Source of the DNA: Minisyncoccota bacterium
GTDB lineage: Bacteria; Patescibacteriota; Minisyncoccia; Phycocordibacterales; Zambryskibacteraceae
Direction: 5' to 3'
Assembly: GCA_020059045.1 (NCBI GenBank)
Contig: JAGVCW010000029.1
Span: forward strand, 39,469-103,468
DNA: 64,000 nucleotides
Below the pieces are notes generated by a model that saw only the letters and a list, made by a program, of their open reading frames with translations, was not told the DNA's origin and made no database searches. Of the stretch, positions 1 through 9,721 are shown in pieces. The position numbers and the translations under genes were made by a program. The first letter of the stretch is position 1, and every line of letters starts with the position of its first letter.

Positions 1-977
1 TGCTGTCGGGGTTTCTGATTACCTATCTATTGTTAAGAGAAAGAGAAAGGACTGGAGGTATATCCTTAAAAAACTTTTATATAAGAAGAATTTTGCGTAT
101 CTGGCCGGTGTACTTCACTACTCTTATTGTAGGTTTTTTTGTTCTGCCATATGTTATGTATCAACTGATAGGTAATGAAGTTCTTCCTTTTCTTGCTAAT
201 CCACCGCTTGAAGCTTTGCCAAAATATATTTTTTTTCTGGCTAATTTTTCACTAGCATTTAATGGAGGAGCTAGTGTGCCAACAGATATACTTTGGTCTA
301 TATCTGTAGAAGAACAGTTCTATCTTGTCTGGCCCTGGGTTCTATCAATTGTACCGGAAAAGTATCTGACAAAAGTTCTATACATAATTTTGATTATTGC
401 GGCAGTATACAGGTTTGTATACGCTTCAACTTATGAGATTGTAGCCTATTCTACTTTTTCCGTAATGTCTGACTTAGCAGTGGGCTGTTTGCTTGCAATA
501 TTTGTAATAAATAAAAGCCGATTCCTAGAGGGTCTTAAAAATAGAACAAAATGGCTAACGATCCCAGTTTATATTTTTACTGCCGCACTAATTATGGGAA
601 GACATGCGATCTTTAGTTCTTTTGTAGATAACACAATTATGTATTCATTATCTGCCGTATTTATTCCGCTAACACTTACTTTGTTATTTGCGTTTATAAT
701 TTTTGAGCAAAATGAGTCAGTGTTCTCACTTTTCAAGGCTGGCCGATCTCGCTTGCTAACAAATCTAGGTAAAATTTCTTATGGTCTATATTCATACCAT
801 ATGATAGCTATATCTATTGTTATGATATTTGCTATTAAACTTAATCTTCTGGTTTTTTATTCTTCCCTTGTAAGATGGATACTTTTTGGAGTTGCCTCAC
901 TTCTAGTTGCGGTCCTTCTCTCACTATTATCATATAACTTTGTCGAGAAGAAATTTCTTAATAAAAAACCGATCTAA
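1..977 (+). CDS. Acyltransferase family 3 (OafA/YrhL-like) integral-membrane O-acyltransferase, 5'-partial at window edge
   Basis: Frame stays open upstream of the TTG at 30 to the window edge (…LSGFLITYLLLRE…). Motif SGFLITY…RRILRIWPVYF is typical of Acyltransferase_3. Multiple predicted TM helices. Confidence 0.6.
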   Translation, partial: LSGFLITYLLLRERERTGGISLKNFYIRRILRIWPVYFTTLIVGFFVLPYVMYQLIGNEVLPFLANPPLEALPKYIFFLANFSLAFNGGASVPTDILWSISVEEQFYLVWPWVLSIVPEKYLTKVLYIILIIAAVYRFVYASTYEIVAYSTFSVMSDLAVGCLLAIFVINKSRFLEGLKNRTKWLTIPVYIFTAALIMGRHAIFSSFVDNTIMYSLSAVFIPLTLTLLFAFIIFEQNESVFSLFKAGRSRLLTNLGKISYGLYSYHMIAISIVMIFAIKLNLLVFYSSLVRWILFGVASLLVAVLLSLLSYNFVEKKFLNKKPI

Positions 978-984
978 ACTTGTA

Positions 985-1671
985 TTACTGTGCTGTAGTT
1001 GTAGCTTTTTCTTGTCTCTCGTTTTCAAGCCTCCATACTTTGAGTTGAGGAATAATTGTTTCCATTTCGTCTATATTTTTGTAGTTGTAATAAACGTCAT
1101 CACCAATTAGCAGGGCTGGGAAATTCTCTTCAATTTTATTGATAGATATAAGGGTTTGGAGGGCACCCAGATCAAGGTTGTAGTCAAAAGAGTACACTCT
1201 AAGCTCAGGGAAGTCTTCTCTAAGCTTCGTAAGAACTAGACTTTGTTTGCCGCAGTCCTCGCATTTTGCTCCGTAAAAGTAAATTATAAAAACATGCTTT
1301 GTCCCACATTTTTCTCGAATCCGGTTCATTAGTAGATAATCCTTAATTTCGAGCAGTGAGTAATTTCTCTTCAAGGCCATGACTTCAGGATCGTCACTTC
1401 CACGGCTAACTTCCGTATATGATAGTTTCTCGCCAAGAGATCCTAACTCCTGTGACAGAGCAGTGGTTCCTATTTCCTTACAAGAGAACTGCTCAAGAAG
1501 GGCAGTCTGCACCTCTGAAGAGAGAATATTCACAGAAATTTGGTCATGTATGGAGCGTATCTCCTCGACACGTTTGTCGCTAAAATATCTACTAAGTGTT
1601 ATAGCTGAAAAGAAAATAATTGCTGTAATAAGAAATGTAAAAACATATTTTTTCCAATCAACTTCATGCAT
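985..1671 (-). CDS. Membrane-anchored thioredoxin-fold protein with CxxC (CEDC) motif
   Basis: N-terminal TM helix. C-x-x-C in 'FYGAKCEDCGKQ' in a thioredoxin-like context. No closer family recognised. Confidence 0.45.
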   Translation of the reverse strand: MHEVDWKKYVFTFLITAIIFFSAITLSRYFSDKRVEEIRSIHDQISVNILSSEVQTALLEQFSCKEIGTTALSQELGSLGEKLSYTEVSRGSDDPEVMALKRNYSLLEIKDYLLMNRIREKCGTKHVFIIYFYGAKCEDCGKQSLVLTKLREDFPELRVYSFDYNLDLGALQTLISINKIEENFPALLIGDDVYYNYKNIDEMETIIPQLKVWRLENERQEKATTTAQ

Positions 1672-1675
1672 GCTG

Positions 1676-2911
1676 TTATTTCCACGCTACACTTCTAGAA
1701 AAAATGGTGTTAAAAAGTGCACTTAAAAGCCAGAATGGAACAATAAAGCTATAGAAAGCAAGAAAATATATGATGTCCATTGAAAAATAAAAATGTCCAT
1801 CAGTGAGACGTCTTGAAAGTACTAATATGCAAATAATTAGTGCAATTCCCACAACAGTTAGAAATATTGCAGCACTAGAGCTTACAAAAAACCAGTCAAA
1901 TGATAGGCTAAACTCGGGCCCAATGGTCATGAGTTTGGTGATGCTTTCCTGAGCTCGTACTGCGTTACTCCAAAAAAGAGAAAAAAGGAAGAATATTGAA
2001 GAAAAAATAGAAATGATTGCCATAGGCAAAATGTAAAGTCCTATGTTTCCATATTTCTTGTTTAGAAAAAGAAATTTGTAATCCAAGGAATTGTTCAGAA
2101 AGCCGTATGTCCAGCGTCTACGCTGCTTGTAAAGGGTTTTTAAGGTTTTTGGAGCAACAGTATAAACGATGGCGTCATGCGCGTTCACTATTTTAAGGTG
2201 GTTGGCCTGCATTCTAAGAGCAATTTCCAAGTCTTCTGTGTTATGGGCATGTCTGTAGTCTCCAATAAGACTAAATACTTCTCTTCTGTATATTGAAAAA
2301 GGTCCTGGAGTAACAAAAATAGCACCCAAATAATCAAGCATTTTGCGGTAAAATATTCCCCAGGCATACTCAACTTTCTGCATTAACTCAAGTACATTCT
2401 TAGGGTCGTGGACTCTCACGGCGGGAGTAACCGCCATCGTTTCGGCGTCATTGAAATGATTCATGATTCTTTTTAATGCAGATTTCTCTACAAACGAATC
2501 TGCATCAAGACAGCCTACAAATTCTCCAGATGTTTTCTGCAAACCAAAGTTTAGAGCCGTATACTTCCCACCATTTGGTTTAGAGTAAACTTTAATTTGA
2601 TTACTACTATTAAATTGATCAAGAATTTTTAAAGTATTGTCACTACTCCCGTCATCAATTACTAGGATTTCTAACTTATCTTTTGGGTAGTCAAGCATAA
2701 GTAGGGAAGAAAGAGTTTTTAGTATAGTCTCTTCCTCGTTGTAACAGGGCACCATTATTGAGACTGTGGGGAAATGGGCAGGTTCCTTATATTCACTCTG
2801 TACCTTAAGTGTGGAGCGTTTTTCAAAGTATGTTATAAGCAAAAATATCTCAAAAAAAAGTGAGAAAAATAAGGAAACATATACCAGTACCTCTGAAATG
2901 GCTCCAAACAT
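1676..2911 (-). CDS. Processive family-2 glycosyltransferase (NodC/PgaC/cellulose-synthase-like)
   Basis: DDGSSD, DADS (DxD) and QRRRW (QxxRW) motifs. N-terminal TM plus C-terminal TM bundle. Confidence 0.7.
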   Translation of the reverse strand: MFGAISEVLVYVSLFFSLFFEIFLLITYFEKRSTLKVQSEYKEPAHFPTVSIMVPCYNEEETILKTLSSLLMLDYPKDKLEILVIDDGSSDNTLKILDQFNSSNQIKVYSKPNGGKYTALNFGLQKTSGEFVGCLDADSFVEKSALKRIMNHFNDAETMAVTPAVRVHDPKNVLELMQKVEYAWGIFYRKMLDYLGAIFVTPGPFSIYRREVFSLIGDYRHAHNTEDLEIALRMQANHLKIVNAHDAIVYTVAPKTLKTLYKQRRRWTYGFLNNSLDYKFLFLNKKYGNIGLYILPMAIISIFSSIFFLFSLFWSNAVRAQESITKLMTIGPEFSLSFDWFFVSSSAAIFLTVVGIALIICILVLSRRLTDGHFYFSMDIIYFLAFYSFIVPFWLLSALFNTIFSRSVAWK

Positions 2912-2969
2912 AAGATAACAATTCTAACTTATTTAAGGCCATTTTTCAAGGGAATGCACTTCCTTCTCA

Positions 2970-3737
2970 TTGCGATCAAATCTATATATAATCAAGTATA
3001 TGGACTCTAAAAATGAGGAGGGGCACCTACATCCACTTACACATATAATCCAAAAAACGGGAAGTATTTTTCGTGAAATGGGTTTTTCTGTTGCTACGGG
3101 CCCAGAAATAGAGACTGAATATTACAATTTTGATGCTCTAAATATTCCCAGCTATCACCCTGCACGTGATATGTGGGATACGTTTTGGTTAAAATCTGAT
3201 GAGACAAAGAAGCTTCTTCGTACGCACACATCTCCAGTACAAGTTCGCTATGCAGAGACACACGAGCCGCCCATCCGGGTTATTGTTCCGGGAAAAACGT
3301 ATAGGCATGAAGCGACAGATGCAACGCATGAAGCACAGTTCTATCAACTAGAGGGGCTTATGATTGAGAAAGAAGTGTCACTTGCGAATCTCAAATGGGT
3401 ACTAGAAACATATTTTGAAAAACTTTTTGACTCTAAAACTTCAGTTCGATTTCGTCCGAGCTACTTTCCGTTTGTAGAACCAGGTGTGGAAATTGATATG
3501 TCGTGCTTTAAGTGTAATGGCAATGGCTGTACAACGTGTAAAAGTACTGGTTGGATTGAGATTATGGGGGCCGGGATGGTACACCCCAAGGTTTTGGCCG
3601 CTATGAAAATTGACTCAAGGAAGTATAAGGGCTTTGCTTTTGGTGGTGGGATAGATCGGCTTGCCATGCTTAAGTTTGGTATTCCAGATGTGCGCAGCCT
3701 GTATCATTCTGATTTACGCTTAATTAATCAGTTTTAG
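2970..3737 (+). CDS. pheS: Phenylalanine--tRNA ligase alpha subunit (short form, catalytic core only)
   Basis: FSVATGPEIE…YHPARDMWDTFW…GGGIDRLAML class-II motifs. Only 255 aa, so the usual N-terminal coiled-coil/tRNA-contact region is absent. Confidence 0.85.
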   Translation: MRSNLYIIKYMDSKNEEGHLHPLTHIIQKTGSIFREMGFSVATGPEIETEYYNFDALNIPSYHPARDMWDTFWLKSDETKKLLRTHTSPVQVRYAETHEPPIRVIVPGKTYRHEATDATHEAQFYQLEGLMIEKEVSLANLKWVLETYFEKLFDSKTSVRFRPSYFPFVEPGVEIDMSCFKCNGNGCTTCKSTGWIEIMGAGMVHPKVLAAMKIDSRKYKGFAFGGGIDRLAMLKFGIPDVRSLYHSDLRLINQF

Positions 3738-6080
3738 ATGAAAATTTCCTACAAATGGTTAGAAACATACTTTGATAGCCCCCTTCCCTCTTCAGAAAAG
3801 ATTTCGGAATTATTAACCATACATGCATTTGAGGTTGAAGGAATTGAGAGCCAAAATGGTGATTCAATTTTAAACATAAAAGTACTTCCCGATAGAGCAC
3901 ATGATGCTCTCTCGCATCTTGGCATGGCAAGGGAAGTGGCTCTACTTACTGGGCTACAAATTAAAAATGAGTTTATAAAGCAGAAGGTTGGTGTATTCCC
4001 AGAGTCAAATATCGCAAGAATAGAAGTTGAAAATGAAAAATTATTTCCAAGGCTTACACTGCTAGTAATTGAGAATGTTCGGGTCAACGAGAGTCCAGTA
4101 TGGTTGAGAGAGAGATTGGATTCCATAGGCCAAAAGTCAATAAACAATATTGTAGATGCCACCAATTTTGTAATGTTTGAAATTGGCCAGCCGCTGCATG
4201 CGTATGATGTTTCTAAGCTTGCCGGTGAGGGAGATATAAAAATAGGGGTACGCTACGCAAATGAGGGTGAAATACTTAAAACACTTGACGGTAAGGATCT
4301 TGTCCTAAATAAAGAAAATGTAGTCATATTTGATGGAAACACTGAAAATAAAAAGGCTTTGGGAGTCGCAGGGATAAAGGGTGGGGAGGCAAGCAAGATA
4401 AATTCAAAGACAAAAACTGTTGTCATAGAAGCGGCGAATTTTGACCCAGTGGCAATAAGGCTTTCATCCAAGTCTCTTGACCTACGTACTGATGCATCAG
4501 TCCGATTTGAAAATGGTATTACACCTGAATACACAGCGAGTGCTCTAAGTAGGGTTGCAAACATAATTCTTGATATTGCGAGCAATACAGACACTCGAGT
4601 GGAAGGGATAGCAGATTACTATCCTCGACGTGCAAATCCCTATAAAGTAGGAGTATCGCTTTCAGAAATACAAAGTGTAATTGGCACACAAGTCTCTCAA
4701 AATAAAGTTGAGGAAATTCTTCAGAGGAGAGGATATGAGTGGAAACTTGTAACACCTCGAGAGGAAATTGTGTCTCTTGCACAGAAACTAATTGGCATGC
4801 CCTATAAATTTGGCTCAAGTGTTACATATGACAGTCCAAGAACTTTTGATTGTTCTTCTTTTGTAAGTTATTTGTTTGTTCAGACGGGCATAGCGCTTCC
4901 TAGGATGACAGTTGATCAGTTTGTGTATACAGAGCAAGTTTTGGAAAGTGAATTACAGGATGGAGATTTAGTTTTTATAAATAGTAATGATGGAAAGATT
5001 CACCATGAATCAATAGAGTTTATGCAAGGTACTCCTGTACCGAAAGGTGTAGATCATAACGGAATATATGCAGGAGAGGGAAGTATTATTCATGGGTCAC
5101 CATTTCACAATAAAATCGTAAAGGAGAATATTAGTGAGGTGGTGAGTAGAGGCAGAACTCTTGTGGGCTATAGAAGAGTGTTGGGAATAAATGAGCCTCA
5201 CTTTGTGATTACAATACCCGCCGAGCGTCTAGACTTACGTATAAAAGAAGATTTAATTGAGGAAATAGTAAGAATTTATGGTTATGAAAACATAATTTCA
5301 AAAGAAATTAAAACAGAGGAAGCCGTAAATATTGATAAAAAATCTTATTATATAGAAAAAATAAAAAACTTCTTTGTTTCAGAGGGTTTTTCTGAGATCT
5401 ATTCATATTCATTCAAATCAAGAGGTGTAAGAGAAGTACTTAATCCCATTGCAACCAATAAGGCATTCCTCAGGGAAAATTTGGCTGACGAATTGAAAGA
5501 TGTTATGAAAAAAAACATTTTGAATACTGATCTACTTGGTTTGAGTAAAATTAAACTTTTTGAAATAGGTACAGTTTTCGGCGCAACAAGTGAGAATATA
5601 TCCCTGGCTTTTGCTATAAGTGGGAAGAAGGATGAAGCTTATATAGAGAAAATTAAATCTGCTCTTAATGATTTGCTTCAATCTGAGGTTGTTTATACCG
5701 AAAAGGGAGGGGTAATGGAGGCAAATATCGAGACTCCAATTGAGCGGGCAAATGGTCCACTTCATCCGTATGCATATAAAGGTAGTAAAAATGTAAAATT
5801 TAAGGAATATTCAGTATATCCATTTATTGTTCGAGATTTAGCTGTTTTCGTACCAAATGATTTGCCAAAAGATGCATTGCTCGATTTGATTCGGAAAGAA
5901 GCTGGGGAGCTATTGGTTAACTTGCGTTTGTTTGATGAATTTTCGAAAGATGGAAAAGTTTCTTATGCATATCGTCTTATATTCCAGTCAATAGATAGAA
6001 CTCTTACTGATGAGGAGGTGAATAGTGTTATGACAAAAATTGTGGGTGCGGTGACAGGAATGGGCTGGACTGTAAGATAA
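3738..6080 (+). CDS. pheT: Phenylalanine--tRNA ligase beta subunit with an inserted NlpC/P60 papain-like domain
   Basis: N-terminus MKISYKWLETYF… matches the B1 domain. B5 domain signature (…EEIVRIYGYENI) and a C-terminal FDX-ACB-like end. About 150 aa NlpC/P60-like insert (GMPYKFG…FDCSSFVSYLF…GDLVFINS…VDHNGIYAGEGSIIHGSP) sits inside B5. Confidence 0.9.
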   Translation: MKISYKWLETYFDSPLPSSEKISELLTIHAFEVEGIESQNGDSILNIKVLPDRAHDALSHLGMAREVALLTGLQIKNEFIKQKVGVFPESNIARIEVENEKLFPRLTLLVIENVRVNESPVWLRERLDSIGQKSINNIVDATNFVMFEIGQPLHAYDVSKLAGEGDIKIGVRYANEGEILKTLDGKDLVLNKENVVIFDGNTENKKALGVAGIKGGEASKINSKTKTVVIEAANFDPVAIRLSSKSLDLRTDASVRFENGITPEYTASALSRVANIILDIASNTDTRVEGIADYYPRRANPYKVGVSLSEIQSVIGTQVSQNKVEEILQRRGYEWKLVTPREEIVSLAQKLIGMPYKFGSSVTYDSPRTFDCSSFVSYLFVQTGIALPRMTVDQFVYTEQVLESELQDGDLVFINSNDGKIHHESIEFMQGTPVPKGVDHNGIYAGEGSIIHGSPFHNKIVKENISEVVSRGRTLVGYRRVLGINEPHFVITIPAERLDLRIKEDLIEEIVRIYGYENIISKEIKTEEAVNIDKKSYYIEKIKNFFVSEGFSEIYSYSFKSRGVREVLNPIATNKAFLRENLADELKDVMKKNILNTDLLGLSKIKLFEIGTVFGATSENISLAFAISGKKDEAYIEKIKSALNDLLQSEVVYTEKGGVMEANIETPIERANGPLHPYAYKGSKNVKFKEYSVYPFIVRDLAVFVPNDLPKDALLDLIRKEAGELLVNLRLFDEFSKDGKVSYAYRLIFQSIDRTLTDEEVNSVMTKIVGAVTGMGWTVR

Positions 6081-6136
6081 AAAAACGGCCCAAGTATTAA
6101 TTTGGGACGAATGGTTTTCTAACTCTTGGTAGAGGT

Positions 6137-6601
6137 TTACTTTCTCGAGGAAATTAGTCTCACCACTTCTGCTCGAAATGACTCAAGCGTTACTCCTGCG
6201 GCAAAGAGAATTTTTGCTGTGGAACTTGCACCTTCTCGAAGCAGACCAAGAAGTAAGTGCTCAGTGCCTACCCAATTGTGCTCAAGTTCTTCTGCTTCGC
6301 TACCTGCGAGGGCAAGGACTTTCTTTACTCGAGGGGTAAAGCGTAATTCTTCTTTTGGTATGTTTGACTTCACGTTAATATGTGGAAGTGAACCCTCAAC
6401 ATTTTCTCGAAGAATATCTAAGTCCACATTGAGATTCTCCAATACTAGAGTAGCTACTCCCATTCCTTCTTGAAGTAGCCCAAGAAGAAGATGTTCCACC
6501 CCGATGTGACCGTGGCCGGAGTGCTCCGCTTCCTCTCGCGACAGCTCGAGAACCATTAAAACTCGGTTGGTAAATAGGTGGTTGTTCAATTTTTCCTCCA
6601 A
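6137..6601 (-). CDS. Stand-alone Clp N-terminal (Clp_N/ClpR) double-repeat domain protein
   Basis: Two repeats carrying the 'GHxxIGxEHLLLGLL' Clp_N signature. No AAA+ module. Confidence 0.6.
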   Translation of the reverse strand: MEEKLNNHLFTNRVLMVLELSREEAEHSGHGHIGVEHLLLGLLQEGMGVATLVLENLNVDLDILRENVEGSLPHINVKSNIPKEELRFTPRVKKVLALAGSEAEELEHNWVGTEHLLLGLLREGASSTAKILFAAGVTLESFRAEVVRLISSRK

Positions 6602-6701
6602 GGAAAAGTGGAGAAGAACGTTCTATCTAAAAAATAATATAAAGAATTCAGTCTGTCAACAAAATTATTACAATTAAAAAACACCCTACAGTGAAGGTGG
6701 A

Positions 6702-7322
6702 TTAAGACTTAGCTTTGAGTTTGGAAACTTGTTTGCGGGTGGCTTCAAGAGTAACACCCGCATCCTCAAGAAGAGCCTTGGCAATGCACACATAGCACAT
6801 TAACGCTATTAGTAAATGGCCTGTCCCAGTACGCTTGTGCCCAAGAGCATTTGCTTCCAGTTGACTTGCTCTTAGAACTCTTTCAGCCATTGGGGTTAAA
6901 CCGATATTGTCACGAAGCTCAAAGTTTTCTGAATGAGTCTTCAATTTTGCCAGATTGTTGCGAATTTGAAGTTCCAGTTCGGGTTGGTCAATTGCAAGAT
7001 CATGAAGTGCGAGTGCACACGTTCCTTCGCCTTCCACTAACAGTGCAAGTAGAAGATGTTGTGTCGTAACAGCTCCCAATGTTGTTTTTGCTATTTCATC
7101 TTTTGCAAGATTGATGACAATTTCCAGACGCTTTGTAAATGGGGGATCGGGGATTGCGGTAGGTTTGATTGCAGTATTATCCCGATTGTCGTTCAATGCC
7201 AGCTTGACCATTTTCTCAGCTAAACTGTTATCCACGCTTTGCGTTATCGGTTCTGCCACCTCTCTAAGTCCAGCCCTTATAAGGCACTTAATTGACTCTT
7301 GTAGAACTGAATCTGTATCCAT
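6702..7322 (-). CDS. Stand-alone Clp N-terminal (Clp_N) double-repeat domain protein, paralog of the preceding gene
   Basis: TTQHLLLALLVEGEG… and GTGHLLIALM… Clp_N repeats. No ATPase domain. Confidence 0.6.
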   Translation of the reverse strand: MDTDSVLQESIKCLIRAGLREVAEPITQSVDNSLAEKMVKLALNDNRDNTAIKPTAIPDPPFTKRLEIVINLAKDEIAKTTLGAVTTQHLLLALLVEGEGTCALALHDLAIDQPELELQIRNNLAKLKTHSENFELRDNIGLTPMAERVLRASQLEANALGHKRTGTGHLLIALMCYVCIAKALLEDAGVTLEATRKQVSKLKAKS

Positions 7323-7584
7323 GGATCCTCAGTTTTGAGGCCACTTGGGGCCGCCAAGTACGGTGTAAAATGAGTAGAACTTCTTTTTATAAGACTATGT
7401 TTTCGGACCCATTTGTCAACATTTGTGGGCTTCCATTTTACTTTGTAATTTGCTATAATATCCTTATAAAATTGGTTATTTTAGAGTTTTTAGTGGCCAA
7501 AATTAAGGCCAATTTGTTTCCAAAAATAATAGCAGGACTTGGCAAATTTTTGCCGGACTGCATAAAACTAAAATTATTATAAAT

Positions 7585-9666
7585 ATGGCAAAAAATTTGG
7601 ACGGACAAGACGAAAAAAAGAAGAAAAATGCTTATAGTGCCGAAGATATAACAGTCCTTGAAGGTCTAGATCCCGTACGCCGGCGTCCTGGAATGTATAT
7701 AGGTACTACTGGTCCAGATGGATTCCACCATTTGATCTGGGAAATCTTTGACAATGCGCGTGACGAGGCCATGGGAGGATTCTCAAATCATATTGAAGTA
7801 GCACTCCTCTCAGGCAATCGTGTGCGTGTAGTAGACAACGGACGTGGAATACCTGTAGATACTCACAAGCAGACAAAAGTTTCTGCACTTGAAACTATAA
7901 TGACGACGCTTCATGCAGGAGGAAAGTTTGGCGGAGAAGGATATAAAGTTTCAGGAGGTCTACACGGGGTGGGAGCGTCAGTAGTAAATGCCTTATCGAC
8001 CTATATGAGAGTGGTGGTGCATCGTGATGGTGGTGAATATGTTCAGGAATATGCTCGAGGCAAACGTAAGGCTCTTGTGAAAAAAATTGGCTCGTCTAAA
8101 CAGAACGGTACGGTTGTTACATTTGAACCAGATTCTGAAATATTTCCTGACACAAATTTTGATTACACTCGAGTAATGACTCATCTTCGTCAGCAGGCAT
8201 ACCTTGTAAAAGGTTTGCGTATCAAAGTGATTGACGCAAGGAATTATGAAGGGAAGATTGATGCAGAAAAAGTAGTATATCTAGACGAACTTCTCATAGA
8301 TGTGCCGTCCACTACTTTCTATTTTGAAGGAGGGCTGCTCTCACTTGTGAAATTTTATAATCAGATACAGAAACCAATTCACAAAAATATTTTCTATATA
8401 GAAAAAAAGATAAACGAATATGAGTCTGTAGAAATGGCGCTTCAGTATGTTGACGATATATCTTCTAGAATTGTTCCATTTGCAAACAACATTCACAACC
8501 CTGAAGGCGGAACACATATAACCGGATTCAAGACTGCACTCACTCGAACTCTTAATACTTATGCTCGTAAAAATGGATATGTAAAAGAGAGTGAAGACAG
8601 CTTCACGGGAGATGATGTTCTCGAGGGTCTCACAGCAGTTATATCGGTTAAGCTTCGAGAAGTGCAGTTTGAAGGTCAGACTAAAGCAAAGCTTGGAACT
8701 GTGGAAGCTCGAGGTATGGTGGAAAGCGTCTTCAGTGAAGCATTTGACCGTTTCCTTGAAGAGAACCCAGATGATGCTAAAGCTATGGTTAACAAGGTTA
8801 TCCTTGCTCTCAAGGCCCGTAAGGCCGCAAAAGCTGCCAAGGATTCAGTTCTGCGTAAAGGTGCACTTGAAGGTATGACATTGCCGGGGAAGCTTGCAGA
8901 CTGTGAATCCAAGTCAGCGGAAGATTCTGAGCTCTTTATTGTAGAGGGAGACTCTGCCGGTGGAACGGCTAAACAAGGTAGAAACAGAAAGTTCCAAGCG
9001 ATACTGCCCCTTCGAGGGAAAATTCTTAATATTGAAAGAGCACGTCTTGATAAAATGCTTGGTTCTGAACAAATCAAGAATTTGGTGGTAGCGTTTGGTA
9101 CAGCAATTGGTGACACTTTTGATATTACTAAACTTAGGTACCACAAGATTGTGCTTGCAACCGATGCTGATGTAGACGGAGCCCATATTCGTACACTCAT
9201 ACTCACTCTTCTCTACAGATTTTTCAAACCGCTTATCGATACGGGGTATGTGTATATTGCACAACCACCACTTTATAAAATAAAGAAAGGTAAAGAAATA
9301 TTTTACGCTTATACTGACGAAGAGAAAAATAAAATTGTAGGGAACGCGGTAACAATCGAAGAAGAACCCTCAACTGATGAGGAGGGCGAGACAGAAGAAA
9401 ACTCTGAAGAATCAGAAGTTCAAAGCACAAAATCTGCAGTTAAAAATACGAAGATTTCAATACAGAGATATAAAGGTCTTGGAGAAATGAACGCTGAAGA
9501 GCTATGGGAAACAACGATGGATCCGGCTCGACGAATATTAAAGCAGGTGACTGTAGATGATGCACAGGAAGCTGACAAGGTGTTTGATATTCTGATGGGT
9601 ACAGATGTTCCTGCACGCAAGAGCTTCATACAATCTAACGCCAGAAGTGCAACGGTGGATATTTAA
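7585..9666 (+). CDS. gyrB: DNA gyrase subunit B
   Basis: GHKL ATPase N-terminus (LEGLDPVRRRPGMYIGTT…HHLIWEIFDNARDE), Toprim EGDSAGG, and a GyrB-type C-terminus. Confidence 0.9.
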   Translation: MAKNLDGQDEKKKKNAYSAEDITVLEGLDPVRRRPGMYIGTTGPDGFHHLIWEIFDNARDEAMGGFSNHIEVALLSGNRVRVVDNGRGIPVDTHKQTKVSALETIMTTLHAGGKFGGEGYKVSGGLHGVGASVVNALSTYMRVVVHRDGGEYVQEYARGKRKALVKKIGSSKQNGTVVTFEPDSEIFPDTNFDYTRVMTHLRQQAYLVKGLRIKVIDARNYEGKIDAEKVVYLDELLIDVPSTTFYFEGGLLSLVKFYNQIQKPIHKNIFYIEKKINEYESVEMALQYVDDISSRIVPFANNIHNPEGGTHITGFKTALTRTLNTYARKNGYVKESEDSFTGDDVLEGLTAVISVKLREVQFEGQTKAKLGTVEARGMVESVFSEAFDRFLEENPDDAKAMVNKVILALKARKAAKAAKDSVLRKGALEGMTLPGKLADCESKSAEDSELFIVEGDSAGGTAKQGRNRKFQAILPLRGKILNIERARLDKMLGSEQIKNLVVAFGTAIGDTFDITKLRYHKIVLATDADVDGAHIRTLILTLLYRFFKPLIDTGYVYIAQPPLYKIKKGKEIFYAYTDEEKNKIVGNAVTIEEEPSTDEEGETEENSEESEVQSTKSAVKNTKISIQRYKGLGEMNAEELWETTMDPARRILKQVTVDDAQEADKVFDILMGTDVPARKSFIQSNARSATVDI

Positions 9667-9721
9667 TGATTTGTTTATTTTAATTTAAAAAATAGTCTGG
9701 CTTATAAAAAGACAGACTGCT

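Noticed and set aside
4750-5160. Intein in pheT
   Set aside because: The insert lacks the N-terminal Cys/Ser nucleophile and the C-terminal His-Asn plus Cys/Ser/Thr junction. It matches the NlpC/P60 catalytic-triad layout instead.
7292-7582. 96-aa ORF upstream of gyrB
   Set aside because: AT-rich promoter region with a consensus-like extended -10. The ORF has no homolog-like features and would occlude the gyrB promoter.
7330-7585. oriC/DnaA-box cluster upstream of gyrB
   Set aside because: No convincing TTATCCACA-like boxes (only one weak TTGTGGGCT). dnaA and dnaN are absent from the neighbourhood.
8676-9206. 176-aa antisense ORF inside gyrB
   Set aside because: Nested antisense to a confidently identified gene, with Ser/Ala-rich composition typical of a spurious frame.
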